Shown: positions 38,761-49,227, counted from the stretch's first letter. The stretch is 54,942 nt of DNA from Lachnospiraceae bacterium (GCA_022779165.1 JALFTO010000124.1:1-54942), one strand, 5' to 3'. The notes: generated by a model not told the origin, from the letters alone. Numbers and translations are program-made.

Positions 38761-39462
38761 ATGGAAAAAGAGAATACACAAAAGAACAGAATGCAAAAAC
38801 AGGACGGACCCTATGAGAAGTTCATGGAGAAGGGTGCGGCTGCACTTTCAGACGCGGAACTTGTTGCAGTGATCCTGAGAACGGGTACTGTGGGAGAGGA
38901 TCCGGTGTCGATCGCCAATCGCGTACTGGATTTGCCGGATCAGAAGAACAAAGGCATTCTGGGACTTCATCATGTATCGGTGGACGAATTGATGAAGATC
39001 AAAGGGATCGGTCAGGTAAAGGCAATCAAACTTAAATGCATTGCCGAGCTTTCTTCCCGGATAGCGAGAGCCGGGGCCAGACAGACGTTGCAGCTTACAA
39101 GTCCGCAATCTGTGGCTGCGTATTATATGGAGCAGATGAGGCACTGTGAGCGGGAACAGGTTCTCCTGCTGATGATGGATAACCGTAACAGGATGATAGA
39201 AGAACATGTGATTTCCCAGGGGACAGTGAATGCTTCCATCATGTCTGCCAGGGAGATTTTTATGACGGCGCTCCGGAAGGGTGCGGTCTATATTATGCTG
39301 TTACACAATCATCCGGGCGGCGATCCGACGCCGGGCAGACAGGACATTGCGGTCACCGAAAGGATAAAAAAAGCTTCCGAACTGATTGAGATTCCGTTGA
39401 TTGACCATATTATTATCGGAGACAGAAAATATTTTAGTTTTAAGGAAATGGGATACCTTTAG
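38761..39462 (+). CDS. radC: RadC family JAB-domain protein
   Basis: PYEK....G...LSDAEL.A.ILRTG, GIG.VKA, HNHP.GDPTP, DHIIIG. Confidence 0.93.
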   Translation: MEKENTQKNRMQKQDGPYEKFMEKGAAALSDAELVAVILRTGTVGEDPVSIANRVLDLPDQKNKGILGLHHVSVDELMKIKGIGQVKAIKLKCIAELSSRIARAGARQTLQLTSPQSVAAYYMEQMRHCEREQVLLLMMDNRNRMIEEHVISQGTVNASIMSAREIFMTALRKGAVYIMLLHNHPGGDPTPGRQDIAVTERIKKASELIEIPLIDHIIIGDRKYFSFKEMGYL

Positions 39463-39480
39463 AAGAAAGGGGTTGTCGTT

Positions 39481-40491
39481 TTGGCAAACAATTCGTTTGG
39501 TATCGATCTCGGTACCAGTAATATCAAAATCTATAGCAGGGCGGATGACAGCATCATGGTTGAGAAAAATATGATCGCCATCGAGAATAAAAACACCCTG
39601 TTTGCCTACGGAGATTCCGCGTTTGATATGTATGAGAAGGCACCGGGAAATATTCATATTTCTTATCCTCTCTGCAATGGCGTGATCGCGGATATCAAAA
39701 ACATGGAAACGCTGATCAAGAACTTCATCGGTGGCTTGATGAAAGGAAATGTGAAGCCGTCGGAGTTTTATATTGCTGTTCCAACGGATATCACGGAAGT
39801 GGAAAAAAGGGCATTTTATGACTTGATCAAGGATGCCGGTGTCAAGGCGAAGAAGATCATGGTTGTGGAGAAAGCGATTGCGGATGGACTCGGTCTCGAT
39901 ATTGACGTGAAGAATTCCCAGGGAGTCCTCCTGGTGGATGTCGGTTATGACACGACGGAGATCTCAATCCTGTCGCTGGGCGGCATCGTGCTCAGCAGAC
40001 TGATCAAAGTAGGCGGACAGAAATTTGATGAGTCGATCCGCGCTGCCGTGAGAAAGGAATTCGGTCTTTTGATCGGTGGAAAGACGGCGGAGAGCATCAA
40101 GATGTCCATGGCTGAACTTGTGAGTGAAGGAAAGGGAGCGGTCGTTTACGGCAGAGATATCGTTACCGGACTTCCGGTGGAACGTGAGATTCCGACAGGA
40201 CTTGTGGATGAGGCACTCCTTGAGAACTTCAATATGATCATTGACAATATCAAGGTGATCTTAGAGAGGACACCGCCGGAACTTGCCGCAGATATTTACC
40301 GCCACGGCATCTATCTGACGGGAGGTGCATCACAGGTATATCATCTGGGTGAACTGATCAGCAAAGGAACCGGTCTCTCCGTGAATATGGCAGAGCAGCC
40401 GGTGGCAAGCGTTGCAATCGGCCTGTCAAAGATCATCAAAGATGACAACTATAAATCAGTAGCATATGCAATCGAAGGAATGGGCAGATGA
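39481..40491 (+). CDS. mreB: Rod shape-determining protein MreB (divergent)
   Basis: GIDLGT, P...GVIAD, T.VEKRA, GG..FDE.I, LE.TPPELAADI...GI.LTGG; first gene of mreBCD. Confidence 0.9.
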   Translation: MANNSFGIDLGTSNIKIYSRADDSIMVEKNMIAIENKNTLFAYGDSAFDMYEKAPGNIHISYPLCNGVIADIKNMETLIKNFIGGLMKGNVKPSEFYIAVPTDITEVEKRAFYDLIKDAGVKAKKIMVVEKAIADGLGLDIDVKNSQGVLLVDVGYDTTEISILSLGGIVLSRLIKVGGQKFDESIRAAVRKEFGLLIGGKTAESIKMSMAELVSEGKGAVVYGRDIVTGLPVEREIPTGLVDEALLENFNMIIDNIKVILERTPPELAADIYRHGIYLTGGASQVYHLGELISKGTGLSVNMAEQPVASVAIGLSKIIKDDNYKSVAYAIEGMGR

Positions 40492-41354
40492 GTCCTATCG
40501 TAAAGAGAAAAGGAGAAAAATTTACACTTCCGAGTAAATACCTTCTTCTGATTATAACGATCCTTTGCGTCGGAATGATGGTGCTTACCTTTACCACGGA
40601 TGTCTTCAGCGGACCGTTGAGTTTTGCAGCCGGCTATGTTGTGGTGCCTTTTCAGGAAGGGATTACCGCCGTCGGCACATGGATGTCCGAAAAATCTGAC
40701 GAGCTGGGACAGATCAGGGTTCTCCTTGAGGAAAACAAAGAGCTGAAGCGGCAGGTAGATGAACTCACTGTGGAAAACACCATGCTTCAGCAGGATAAAT
40801 ATGAATTGAATCACTTACGGGAATTGTATCAGTTGGATGATGAATATTCCGAATATCAGAAAGTGGGAGCCAGGATCATCGGGTGGGATGGTGGTAACTG
40901 GTTCCATTCCTTTACCATCAACAAGGGATCGGATGACGGATTGGAAGTGGATATGAATGTGATGGCGGGCGGCGGACTGGTCGGAAGGATTGTCAGTGTC
41001 GGCAGCAACTGGGCCAAGGTTACAGCCATCATTGATGATAATTCCAATGTGAGCGGTATGGTATTGTCTACCTCCGATAATCTGATCGTATCCGGAGACC
41101 TGGAACTGATGTCACAGGGCATGATCCGTTTCGGACAGCTCGTTGACAGTGACAATGAGGTCGCGGAAGGGGATAAGATTGTGACATCCAATATCAGCGA
41201 CAAGTATCTGCCTGGGATCTTGATCGGTTACATCAGTACGATGGAGATGGATTCCAATAATCTGACAAAATCCGGACGTGTCATACCCGCCGTGGATTTT
41301 GCCCACCTGGAAGAGGTGCTTGTCATTCTGGAGAAAAAGCAGAGTCCGGAATGA
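40488..41354 (+). CDS. mreC: Rod shape-determining protein MreC
   Basis: N-terminal TM, coiled coil, INKGS.DG....M.V....GLVGRI, GD.IVTS, P.GI.IG, PAVDF..LEEV. Confidence 0.95.
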   Translation: MSPIVKRKGEKFTLPSKYLLLIITILCVGMMVLTFTTDVFSGPLSFAAGYVVVPFQEGITAVGTWMSEKSDELGQIRVLLEENKELKRQVDELTVENTMLQQDKYELNHLRELYQLDDEYSEYQKVGARIIGWDGGNWFHSFTINKGSDDGLEVDMNVMAGGGLVGRIVSVGSNWAKVTAIIDDNSNVSGMVLSTSDNLIVSGDLELMSQGMIRFGQLVDSDNEVAEGDKIVTSNISDKYLPGILIGYISTMEMDSNNLTKSGRVIPAVDFAHLEEVLVILEKKQSPE

Positions 41355-41391
41355 CAGGCAAGTCATGCAAATAAGTAACAGGAATGGTAAT

Positions 41392-41910
41392 ATGAAACGA
41401 AATCTGATCACAGCGTTTATGGTTCTTGTGTGTTTTTTATTGCAGTGTACCGTATTTCATGCGCTTGCTTTCAATGGTATCATACCGAATCTTATGATTG
41501 TTCTCACGGCATCGATCGGTGTTATGGGAGGCAGGAAAAGAGGGCTCTTGACCGGATTCTTCAGCGGTCTTCTGCTGGATGTCTTTTTCGGATCCGCAAT
41601 CGGATTCTACAGCCTGATCTATATGTATATCGGTTACATAAACGGTTGTTTCAGAAAGGTATTTTATCCGGAAGATATTAAACTTCCGCTGGCACTGATC
41701 GCGGCAAGTGATCTGACCTGCAGTCTGCTGACATACTTCCTGCTGTTTCTGTTGCGGAGCCGGTTTGCCTTTGGATTTTATTTCACTCATATTATTTTGC
41801 CGGAGATCGTGTACACCATGGGTGTGACACTGATCCTGTATCCGCTGATCCTGAAAATCGACAACAGGATGGCGGCAAAAGAACAAAGGAGTGCTAAAAA
41901 GTTTGTTTAA
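41392..41910 (+). CDS. mreD: Rod shape-determining protein MreD
   Basis: Hydrophobic; PNL......, G...GF..GLL.D; located between mreC and pbp2. Confidence 0.9.
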   Translation: MKRNLITAFMVLVCFLLQCTVFHALAFNGIIPNLMIVLTASIGVMGGRKRGLLTGFFSGLLLDVFFGSAIGFYSLIYMYIGYINGCFRKVFYPEDIKLPLALIAASDLTCSLLTYFLLFLLRSRFAFGFYFTHIILPEIVYTMGVTLILYPLILKIDNRMAAKEQRSAKKFV

Positions 41911-44767
41911 TAATCTCAGAGAACGATTTCTGAATATGATAACCTCCCGCCTGTTTGTTCTTGTTGTGGTTTTCTTTTTCCTGTGCGGTACGCTTCTGTA
42001 CCGTGTTTTTGATCTTCAGATTGTGCATGGTGAGGAGTACATGAACAATTTCAAACTGAAGATCCGTAAGGAACGTTCCATTGCCAGCACGCGTGGCAAT
42101 ATCTATGACACGAACGGCGAGCTGCTTGCGTACAATGAGCTTGCTTACAATGTGACCATAGAGGATGTCTATGAATCCGGAAGCGATAAAAATGAACGTT
42201 TGAATGAAACAATTCTCAAATTGATCCATATTATCGAGAAAAACGGTGATAAGGTGATCAGTGATTTTAACATTGTTCTGGATAAAGACGGAAATTATCA
42301 GTTTAATGTCGAAGACAAGCAGCGGCTTCGTTTCCTGGCGGATGTTTATGGCAGGGATTCCGTGGACAAGCTGGCCTACAGTGAAAAGACGGCAACTCCC
42401 CAGGAAGTGATTGACTATCTGGCAGGGCCGAAACGCTATGCGATCGGAGAATACAGAGATCCCGATGATAAAAAGAGTTTTCAGGTCGGAGCGGGATGTA
42501 CCAGGGAAGAGGTTTTAAAGATCATCAATATCCGTTACGCGATGAGTGCGAACGGATTTCAGAAATACATTGCAACAACGGTTGCATCCGATGTCAATGA
42601 GAAGACGGTGGCCATGGTGATGGAGAACAGCAGTGAGCTTGAGGGTGTTTCCATTGCGGAGGATACCGTGAGAAAATATGTTGACAGTGTATATTTTTCT
42701 CATATTCTGGGGTATACCGGCAAGATCTCACAGGAGGAACTTGCGGAATTGTCAAAAGACAATCCTGATTATTCCGCGACCGATATGATCGGAAAAGCCG
42801 GGATTGAACAGGTGATGGAGACACAGCTGCAGGGTAAAAAAGGCTCTGAGACCATGTATGTGGACAATCTGGGCAAGATCATCGAGACGACCGGACGCAC
42901 GGAGCCTGTCGCCGGGAATGATCTCTATCTCACGATCGACAAGGAGCTCCAGAAAGCTGTGTACAATATTCTGGAACAGAAGATTGCGGGAATTCTCGTA
43001 TCCAAGATTCAGAACATCAAAGAGTATAATGCGGGTGCGAATGCCTCCGCTGCCGATATCAAGATTCCGATCTATGATGTGTATTATGCCCTGATCAATA
43101 ACAATATTATCGATGTGTCCAGATTTGAGAAAGAGAATGCACATCCGGTGGAACAGGAAGTATACCGGAGTTTTCTGGATAAAAAGCAGTCTGTTTCGGA
43201 AAGACTCCTCTCGGAACTTACGGAAAAGAGGACTCCTTACCAGGATCTGCCGGAAGAATATCAGGTGTACGAAAGCTATATCGTATCCATGCTTGCTTCC
43301 AGTGCGAAGGGAATCCTGCAGGAGGAAGCAATCGATCCTACGGATGAGGTCTATCTGGCATGGAAGGCCGAGACGATCAGTCTTGCCGAGTATCTGAATC
43401 ATGCCATTGCCATGAACTGGATTGATGTGACCAAGATCAATCTCGACAGCAAATATGCTTCTTCCGAAGAGATCTATGAGCAGTTGATCCGGACAATCTT
43501 TGACGGTCTGGAGAACAACAGTGAGTTCTCCAAAAAGATTTATAAATACATGATCAAAGAGGAGCGGCTCACCGGCAGACAGGTATGTAATCTGCTGCTG
43601 GAACAGGGGATTGTTGAAGCCTCCGAAGAAGAGGAGAGCGAGCTCAATAACGGTTCGGTCTCTGCGTTCAGTTTTATGCTGAATCTGATTGAAAATCTGC
43701 GAATTACCCCGGCGCAGCTTGCGCTTGACCCGTGTTCGGGATCCTGTGTCGTCACGGATGTGAATACGGGGGAAGTCAAGGCACTTGTTACTTATCCCGG
43801 ATATGACACCAACAGGCTTGCCAATAACATTGATGCCGATTATTACAATCAGCTTCAGAATGATCTGTCGCGTCCCATGTGGAATTATGCCACACAGCAG
43901 AAGAGTGCACCCGGATCTACATTTAAGATGGTGGTTGCTGTGGCAGGTATGGAGGATGGCGTGATCAATATCGGAGAGCAGATCAACTGTTCCGGAGTTT
44001 TTGATAAGATCACCCCATCGCCGAGATGCTGGCTCCACAGTGGACACGGCAGCCTGAATGTGATCGGAGGAATTGAGAACTCCTGTAATGACTTCTTTTA
44101 TGAGGTCGGATACCGGCTGGGAAGTGAGACGGGACTCTATGACAGCGAGAAAGGTCTGCAGCGTCTTGCTTACTATGCGGATCAGTTCGGACTGTCAGAA
44201 CTTTCCGGTGTTGAGATTGTGGAGTCAGAACCGGAATTGTCCGATATCGATGCTGTCCGTTCAGCAATCGGTCAGGGTACCAACAATATGACGACCGTCG
44301 GGCTGGCACGCTATGTGACGACTGTGGCAAACAGCGGAACCTGCTACCAGTTAAGCCTTCTGGATAAGCTTACCGATACGAACGGTGTTGTCCTGGAGGA
44401 TTATACGCCAAAGGTGCGTAATACCATCGAATTGTCAGTAGCCGAATGGAATGCGGTTCACAGCGGTATGCGCAGGGTTGTCGAAAAAAAGAAATATTAT
44501 GAGGATATGCCTGTCAATGTCGCAGGTAAGACAGGTACGGCACAGGAGAGCAGGAACCGTGCCAACCATGCATTGTTTGTGGGATATGCGCCCTATGAGA
44601 ATCCTGAGATTGCCGTTGCAACCCGTGTGGCTTTCGGTTATTCTTCCGATTATGCGGCAGAGATTTCAAGAGATGTGTTCCGTTATTATTTTGCGCCTGA
44701 CGAGGAAGATCAGATTCTCACCGGCAGTGCAAACCGGCCTGATGCCGTAGATACAGGAGGAGATTGA
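41891..44767 (+). CDS. mrdA: Class B penicillin-binding protein 2 (large clostridial type)
   Basis: N-terminal TM, RG.IYD.NG, SxxK (GSTFK), SxN (SCN), KTG (GKTGT); 958 aa. Confidence 0.92.
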   Translation: MLKSLFNNLRERFLNMITSRLFVLVVVFFFLCGTLLYRVFDLQIVHGEEYMNNFKLKIRKERSIASTRGNIYDTNGELLAYNELAYNVTIEDVYESGSDKNERLNETILKLIHIIEKNGDKVISDFNIVLDKDGNYQFNVEDKQRLRFLADVYGRDSVDKLAYSEKTATPQEVIDYLAGPKRYAIGEYRDPDDKKSFQVGAGCTREEVLKIINIRYAMSANGFQKYIATTVASDVNEKTVAMVMENSSELEGVSIAEDTVRKYVDSVYFSHILGYTGKISQEELAELSKDNPDYSATDMIGKAGIEQVMETQLQGKKGSETMYVDNLGKIIETTGRTEPVAGNDLYLTIDKELQKAVYNILEQKIAGILVSKIQNIKEYNAGANASAADIKIPIYDVYYALINNNIIDVSRFEKENAHPVEQEVYRSFLDKKQSVSERLLSELTEKRTPYQDLPEEYQVYESYIVSMLASSAKGILQEEAIDPTDEVYLAWKAETISLAEYLNHAIAMNWIDVTKINLDSKYASSEEIYEQLIRTIFDGLENNSEFSKKIYKYMIKEERLTGRQVCNLLLEQGIVEASEEEESELNNGSVSAFSFMLNLIENLRITPAQLALDPCSGSCVVTDVNTGEVKALVTYPGYDTNRLANNIDADYYNQLQNDLSRPMWNYATQQKSAPGSTFKMVVAVAGMEDGVINIGEQINCSGVFDKITPSPRCWLHSGHGSLNVIGGIENSCNDFFYEVGYRLGSETGLYDSEKGLQRLAYYADQFGLSELSGVEIVESEPELSDIDAVRSAIGQGTNNMTTVGLARYVTTVANSGTCYQLSLLDKLTDTNGVVLEDYTPKVRNTIELSVAEWNAVHSGMRRVVEKKKYYEDMPVNVAGKTGTAQESRNRANHALFVGYAPYENPEIAVATRVAFGYSSDYAAEISRDVFRYYFAPDEEDQILTGSANRPDAVDTGGD

Positions 44768-44772
44768 GTGTT

Positions 44773-45450
44773 ATGAGCAGCAGTGTGATCATCAAGAGCT
44801 TTCAAAACGGGATATCCGTCATACTTGACCATGATATGGATTTTTCGCGGTTACTCGAGGAAGTCGGCATGAAATTCCGGGAATCAGGGCCCTTTTTTAA
44901 AGATGCCAAGATGGCGCTCTCATTTGAGGGACGCAGTCTTTCCACCGAAGAGGAAAAACAGCTGATCAGAACAATCACGGAGAACTGCGGTCTGCACATC
45001 GTCTGCCTTGTCGGTAAAGACGAGGAAACAAACCAGACCTTCTTGAAAGCGATTGAAAAAGTGAATCACAAGGAGAAGAGCAGTGGTCAGTTCTACCGTG
45101 GAAACCTTACCAGAGGAGAAACGCTGGAGATGGATTCCAGCATTGTGATCATAGGAGATGTGAATCCCGGTGCGGAGGTGATCGCAAAAAAAGATATCGT
45201 GATCATTGGCGGATTGTACGGCGAAGCGTATGCCGGAGCTGACGGTGAGAGCGGACATTTTATTGCGGCGCTCGAAATGTCGCCTGAAAATCTTAAGATA
45301 GGCGACTTGACATATAAAAATGATACCAAACAGTCAAAGTGGTCCATCCGGCCAAAGATGCAGCCGAAAATTGCCTGTGAGAAGGGCGGAAAGGTAGTCA
45401 TAGAACCTGTTACAAAAGAATTACTAAATATGCTTCCGAATTCCCGGTAA
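44773..45450 (+). CDS. minC: Septum site-determining protein MinC
   Basis: GDVNPGAEV.A...I...G.L.G.A.AG beta-helix; upstream of minD. Start could alternatively be TTG 44764. Confidence 0.88.
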   Translation: MSSSVIIKSFQNGISVILDHDMDFSRLLEEVGMKFRESGPFFKDAKMALSFEGRSLSTEEEKQLIRTITENCGLHIVCLVGKDEETNQTFLKAIEKVNHKEKSSGQFYRGNLTRGETLEMDSSIVIIGDVNPGAEVIAKKDIVIIGGLYGEAYAGADGESGHFIAALEMSPENLKIGDLTYKNDTKQSKWSIRPKMQPKIACEKGGKVVIEPVTKELLNMLPNSR

Positions 45451-45513
45451 ATGTATCGGGCCGGACGTAATCGAGTATTTAGGGGACAATAAATTTTTCA
45501 GGAGGTTTCATCT

Positions 45514-46305
45514 ATGAGTGAAGTTATTGTCGTTACGTCAGGAAAAGGCGGTGTAGGAAAGACCACTACAACCGCAAATTTGGGAACAGGTCTTGCTGCA
45601 GCCGGGAAAAAGGTTGTGTTGATTGACACGGACATCGGGTTGAGAAATCTCGATGTCGTCATGGGACTGGAAAACAGGATTGTCTATAATCTTGTGGATG
45701 TGGTGGAGGGAAAGTGCCGCATCAAACAGGCGCTGATCAAGGATAAGCGGCACCCGAGTCTTTATCTGATGCCGTCGGCCCAGACCAGGGATAAATCAGC
45801 GGTCACACCGGCTCAGATGGTCAAAATGATTGATACGCTTCGGGAACAGTTTGATTACATTATACTGGATTGTCCCGCAGGCATTGAACAGGGATTTCAG
45901 AACGCTATAGCCGGTGCTGACAGGGCTCTTGTGATCACGACTCCGGAGGTGTCTGCGATCCGAGATGCGGATCGGATTATCGGTCTGCTTGAGGCAAACG
46001 AGATCGGACGTCTTGATCTTGTTGTAAATAAACTGAAAATTGATATGGTAAAGCGCGGTGATATGATGTCAGTAAACGATGTTTCCGACATCCTTGCGAT
46101 TCCATTGATCGGAATCGTTCCCGATGATGAAAATGTGGTGATCGCAACCAATCAGGGAGAACCTCTTGTAGGAAATGCCACGCTGGCCGGACGTGCCTAT
46201 CAGAATATCTGCTGCCGTGTCCTCGGTCAGGAGATCCCATTTCTCAACTTTGAAAAAAGGATTTCCATATGGACCAGAATGACGGGATTGTTCCACAAAC
46301 TGTAG
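45514..46305 (+). CDS. minD: Septum site-determining ATPase MinD
   Basis: TSGKGGVGKTT, DIGLRNLD..MGLENRIVY, DCPAGIE, RDADRIIG; C-terminal amphipathic helix. Confidence 0.97.
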   Translation: MSEVIVVTSGKGGVGKTTTTANLGTGLAAAGKKVVLIDTDIGLRNLDVVMGLENRIVYNLVDVVEGKCRIKQALIKDKRHPSLYLMPSAQTRDKSAVTPAQMVKMIDTLREQFDYIILDCPAGIEQGFQNAIAGADRALVITTPEVSAIRDADRIIGLLEANEIGRLDLVVNKLKIDMVKRGDMMSVNDVSDILAIPLIGIVPDDENVVIATNQGEPLVGNATLAGRAYQNICCRVLGQEIPFLNFEKRISIWTRMTGLFHKL

Positions 46306-46344
46306 ATCCCGGACGGCAAAAAGTATGAAAATAAAGGAGGCACG

Positions 46345-46614
46345 GTGATGAGCTTATTACACATATTTCACAAGAAAACATCCGGGCAGATAGCAAAGGA
46401 CAGGTTGAAGATTCTCCTGATTTCCGATCGGATCAATTGTTCTCCCGAGATGATGGAGATGATCAAAACAGATATTGCCAGAGTCATTTCCAAATACATG
46501 ATGATCGATACAAAGAGTATGGAGATACAGATTACCAAGTCGGGTTCCAGAGGCCGTAATCTAAAAAATCCGACTCTGTATGCAAATATACCGATTTTAG
46601 ACTTAAAGCATTGA
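46345..46614 (+). CDS. minE: Cell division topological specificity factor MinE
   Basis: S...AKDRLK.LL..DR, DI..VISKY, L.ANIPI. Confidence 0.93.
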   Translation: MMSLLHIFHKKTSGQIAKDRLKILLISDRINCSPEMMEMIKTDIARVISKYMMIDTKSMEIQITKSGSRGRNLKNPTLYANIPILDLKH

Positions 46615-46638
46615 CAATGGAGATAAATAAAATAACTT

Positions 46639-47757
46639 ATGCTGAAACGATACCGAATCAAAGATTATGATTTTAAACTGGTCATTATGCTGATTGCCAT
46701 TTCCGTGATTGGCATAATGGCGGTGGGGAGCGCCCAAAGGTCCGTTCAGGACAAACAGATCATGGGATTGATCGTTGGCGTTTTTTTGATGATTATCATC
46801 TCACTTTTTGATTATACTGTGCTTTTAAAGCTTTATTGGGTGTTCTACACATTAAATATTGTACTGCTGTTTCTGGTAGAAATCATGGGTGTCAAAGCAG
46901 GTGGTGCACAGCGGTGGTTTTCGTTCTTTGGAATTCGTTTTCAACCGTCGGAATTTGCAAAAATTTTATTGATTTTATTTTATGCACAGTTTATTATGAA
47001 ACATAAGGAAAACATCAATACAATGCGTACATTGCTTACACTCATTGCGCTTCTGATCCCGCCTTTGTTTCTGGTGTACAGACAGCCGGATCTTTCTACA
47101 AGTATTATGCTGGCGGTCATTTTCTGTGTGATGCTCTTTATCGGTGGATTGAGTTATAAGGTGATCGTCGGAGTGTTTGCGGTCGTGATCCCGTCGGTTG
47201 TGATTTTCCTTACGATTGTATTGCAGCCGGATCAGAATCTGATTAAGGATTATCAGCAGACACGTATTCTGGCATGGCTGTATCCGTCTGAGTATGTAAA
47301 TGCGGAAGGATATCAGCAGGCAAATTCCGTGATGGCGATCGGCTCGGGACAGCTTTTTGGAAAAGGGTTAAATAACAATATTATCGGCTCTGTAAAGAAC
47401 GGAAATTTTATTTCCGAACCGCAGACGGATTTTATTTTTGCGATTATCGGGGAAGAAATGGGGTTTATCGGATCGTGTGCAGTGATTCTGTTGTTGTTTC
47501 TGATCGCACTTGAATGTGTATTGATCGCGAGGCGTGCAAAGGATACTGCCGGGATGATCATCTGCAGCGGCATGGCTGCACTGATCGGATTTCAGAGCTT
47601 TATGAATATTGCCGTTGCAACCAGTCTGATGCCGAATACCGGAATCCCGCTCCCATTTGTCAGCGCGGGATTGACTTCATTGGTCAGTCTTTTTATCGGG
47701 ATGGGCTTTGTTCTGAATGTAAGATTACAGGCGAAAAACGATTATAATGTAAAGTGA
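46639..47757 (+). CDS. rodA: SEDS family peptidoglycan polymerase RodA
   Basis: GAQRW......FQPSEFAK, QPDL.T, YQ...S..AIGSG, E..TDFIF...GEE.GF, P.TGIPLPF.S.G. Confidence 0.92.
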   Translation: MLKRYRIKDYDFKLVIMLIAISVIGIMAVGSAQRSVQDKQIMGLIVGVFLMIIISLFDYTVLLKLYWVFYTLNIVLLFLVEIMGVKAGGAQRWFSFFGIRFQPSEFAKILLILFYAQFIMKHKENINTMRTLLTLIALLIPPLFLVYRQPDLSTSIMLAVIFCVMLFIGGLSYKVIVGVFAVVIPSVVIFLTIVLQPDQNLIKDYQQTRILAWLYPSEYVNAEGYQQANSVMAIGSGQLFGKGLNNNIIGSVKNGNFISEPQTDFIFAIIGEEMGFIGSCAVILLLFLIALECVLIARRAKDTAGMIICSGMAALIGFQSFMNIAVATSLMPNTGIPLPFVSAGLTSLVSLFIGMGFVLNVRLQAKNDYNVK

Positions 47758-47766
47758 GGAGTATAT

Positions 47767-48162
47767 ATGAACATTGCGTTAATTGCACATGATGCCAAAA
47801 AGAAGCTGATGCAGAATTTCTGTATCGCATACCGGGGGATCCTATCAAAGAATGAACTGTATGCGACGGGAACTACCGGAAGGCTGATTGAGGAAGTAAC
47901 CAACCTGAATGTCCACAAATATCTTGCCGGACATCTGGGTGGAGAGCAGCAGATTGGTGCACAGATCGAGCAAAATCAGATCGATCTGGTGATTTTTCTC
48001 CGTGATCCGTTGACTCCCAAGACACATGAACCGGATGTGAACAACATCTTTCGGCTTTGCGATATGCATAATATTCCGTTGGCAACCAATCTGGCATCAG
48101 CTGAACTTTTGATAAAATCTCTTGACAGAGGAGACCTGGAGTGGCGTGAAATGTACAAATAA
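47767..48162 (+). CDS. mgsA: Methylglyoxal synthase
   Basis: IALIAHD.KK, ATGTTG, LGG.QQIG, HEPDV....RLCD...IPLATN. Confidence 0.95.
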   Translation: MNIALIAHDAKKKLMQNFCIAYRGILSKNELYATGTTGRLIEEVTNLNVHKYLAGHLGGEQQIGAQIEQNQIDLVIFLRDPLTPKTHEPDVNNIFRLCDMHNIPLATNLASAELLIKSLDRGDLEWREMYK

Positions 48163-49135
48163 TACAGCAGGACTGTCTGTGTTGCTGGCGATAGCAGTCT
48201 CAGTGATCGTGACAGGCTGTGCATCCAAAGATTATGGGCTGCCATATGATCCGGACAGTACGGTCAGCAGCTTTCAAATGACGGAAAATACAATGGTGAC
48301 CACGGCAGATGCCTTTGCGAAGGATCTCTGTGTGACGGCTGTGGATGTTACAGAGGGTACGGATGTCGATATGTCGCAGGCGAGTTCTGCGGGTTTGTTT
48401 GATCTGAACCGTACGGATGTGATCTATGCCAAAAATATTCACGAGAAGTTGTATCCTGCAAGTCTTACCAAGGTAATGACAGCACTTGTTGCACTCAAAT
48501 ACGGCAGTCCGGATGATATGATCACCGTCAGTGCGGATGCTGCAGGAATCAAAGAGAGCGGTGCACAGCTGGTCGGGCTCAAAGAAGGGGATACCCTGAC
48601 GTTATCGCAGGCATTGCATGCACTTCTGATGTACTCTGCAAATGATGCGGGTGTTGCCATTGCGGATCACATTGGCGGCAGTGTTGAAAACTTTGCCGGG
48701 ATGATGAATCAGGAAGCACTTGAGATCGGTGCGACAAACAGTCATTTTGTAAATCCTCACGGTCTTCAGGATGACAATCATTATGTGACGGCTTATGATC
48801 TGTATCTCATCTTTAATGAGGCTCTGAAATATGATCTTTTCTCCGAGATCATACAGATGGATTCCTACTCGACAACCTATACGGACAAAGCGGGTAATCC
48901 CAAGAAAATGGAGATTGGAACAACCAATCAGTATCTGCAGGGGAATTATCAGCCTCCGGAAAATATTACCGTGATCGGAGGCAAGACCGGCACGACCAAT
49001 GCGGCAAGAAATTGTCTGATCCTTTTGTCCAAAGATGTTTCCGGTAATCCCTACATTTCCGTGATCATGCGGTCGGAGGAGCGCGGGATCATGTATGAGG
49101 AAATGACGGATCTCTTAAGTGAAATCAACCGGTGA
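48146..49135 (+). CDS. D-alanyl-D-alanine carboxypeptidase (peptidase S11), probable lipoprotein
   Basis: Lipobox-like IVTG-C; PASLTK (SxxK), SAND (SxN), F.NPHGL, GKTGT. Confidence 0.9.
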   Translation: MKCTNNTAGLSVLLAIAVSVIVTGCASKDYGLPYDPDSTVSSFQMTENTMVTTADAFAKDLCVTAVDVTEGTDVDMSQASSAGLFDLNRTDVIYAKNIHEKLYPASLTKVMTALVALKYGSPDDMITVSADAAGIKESGAQLVGLKEGDTLTLSQALHALLMYSANDAGVAIADHIGGSVENFAGMMNQEALEIGATNSHFVNPHGLQDDNHYVTAYDLYLIFNEALKYDLFSEIIQMDSYSTTYTDKAGNPKKMEIGTTNQYLQGNYQPPENITVIGGKTGTTNAARNCLILLSKDVSGNPYISVIMRSEERGIMYEEMTDLLSEINR

Positions 49136-49164
49136 GAGAAAAATCGGGAAACGTGAAGAAAAGG

Positions 49165-49193
49165 TTGTTTTTTACCCCTTTATATCTTATAAT
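49165..49193 (+). promoter_or_regulatory. Sigma-A promoter for the small P-loop protein gene
   Basis: TTGTTT-17 bp-TATAAT (49188-49193); RBS AGGAGG downstream. Confidence 0.6.
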
Positions 49194-49227
49194 GGATATA
49201 ACAAGTTTACTTTAGGAGGGATTACCA

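Noticed and set aside
39301-39345. RadC JAMM motif HNHPGGDPTPGRQD with two Ser->Gly changes
   Set aside because: The metal ligands (H, H, D) are retained, so this is not enough to claim loss of function.
42752-44047. 431-aa minus-strand ORF, and other long antisense ORFs such as 1897-2844, 3255-4220 and 4358-5323
   Set aside because: They lie opposite well-supported genes, have no recognisable motifs or RBS, and are explained as codon-bias shadow frames.
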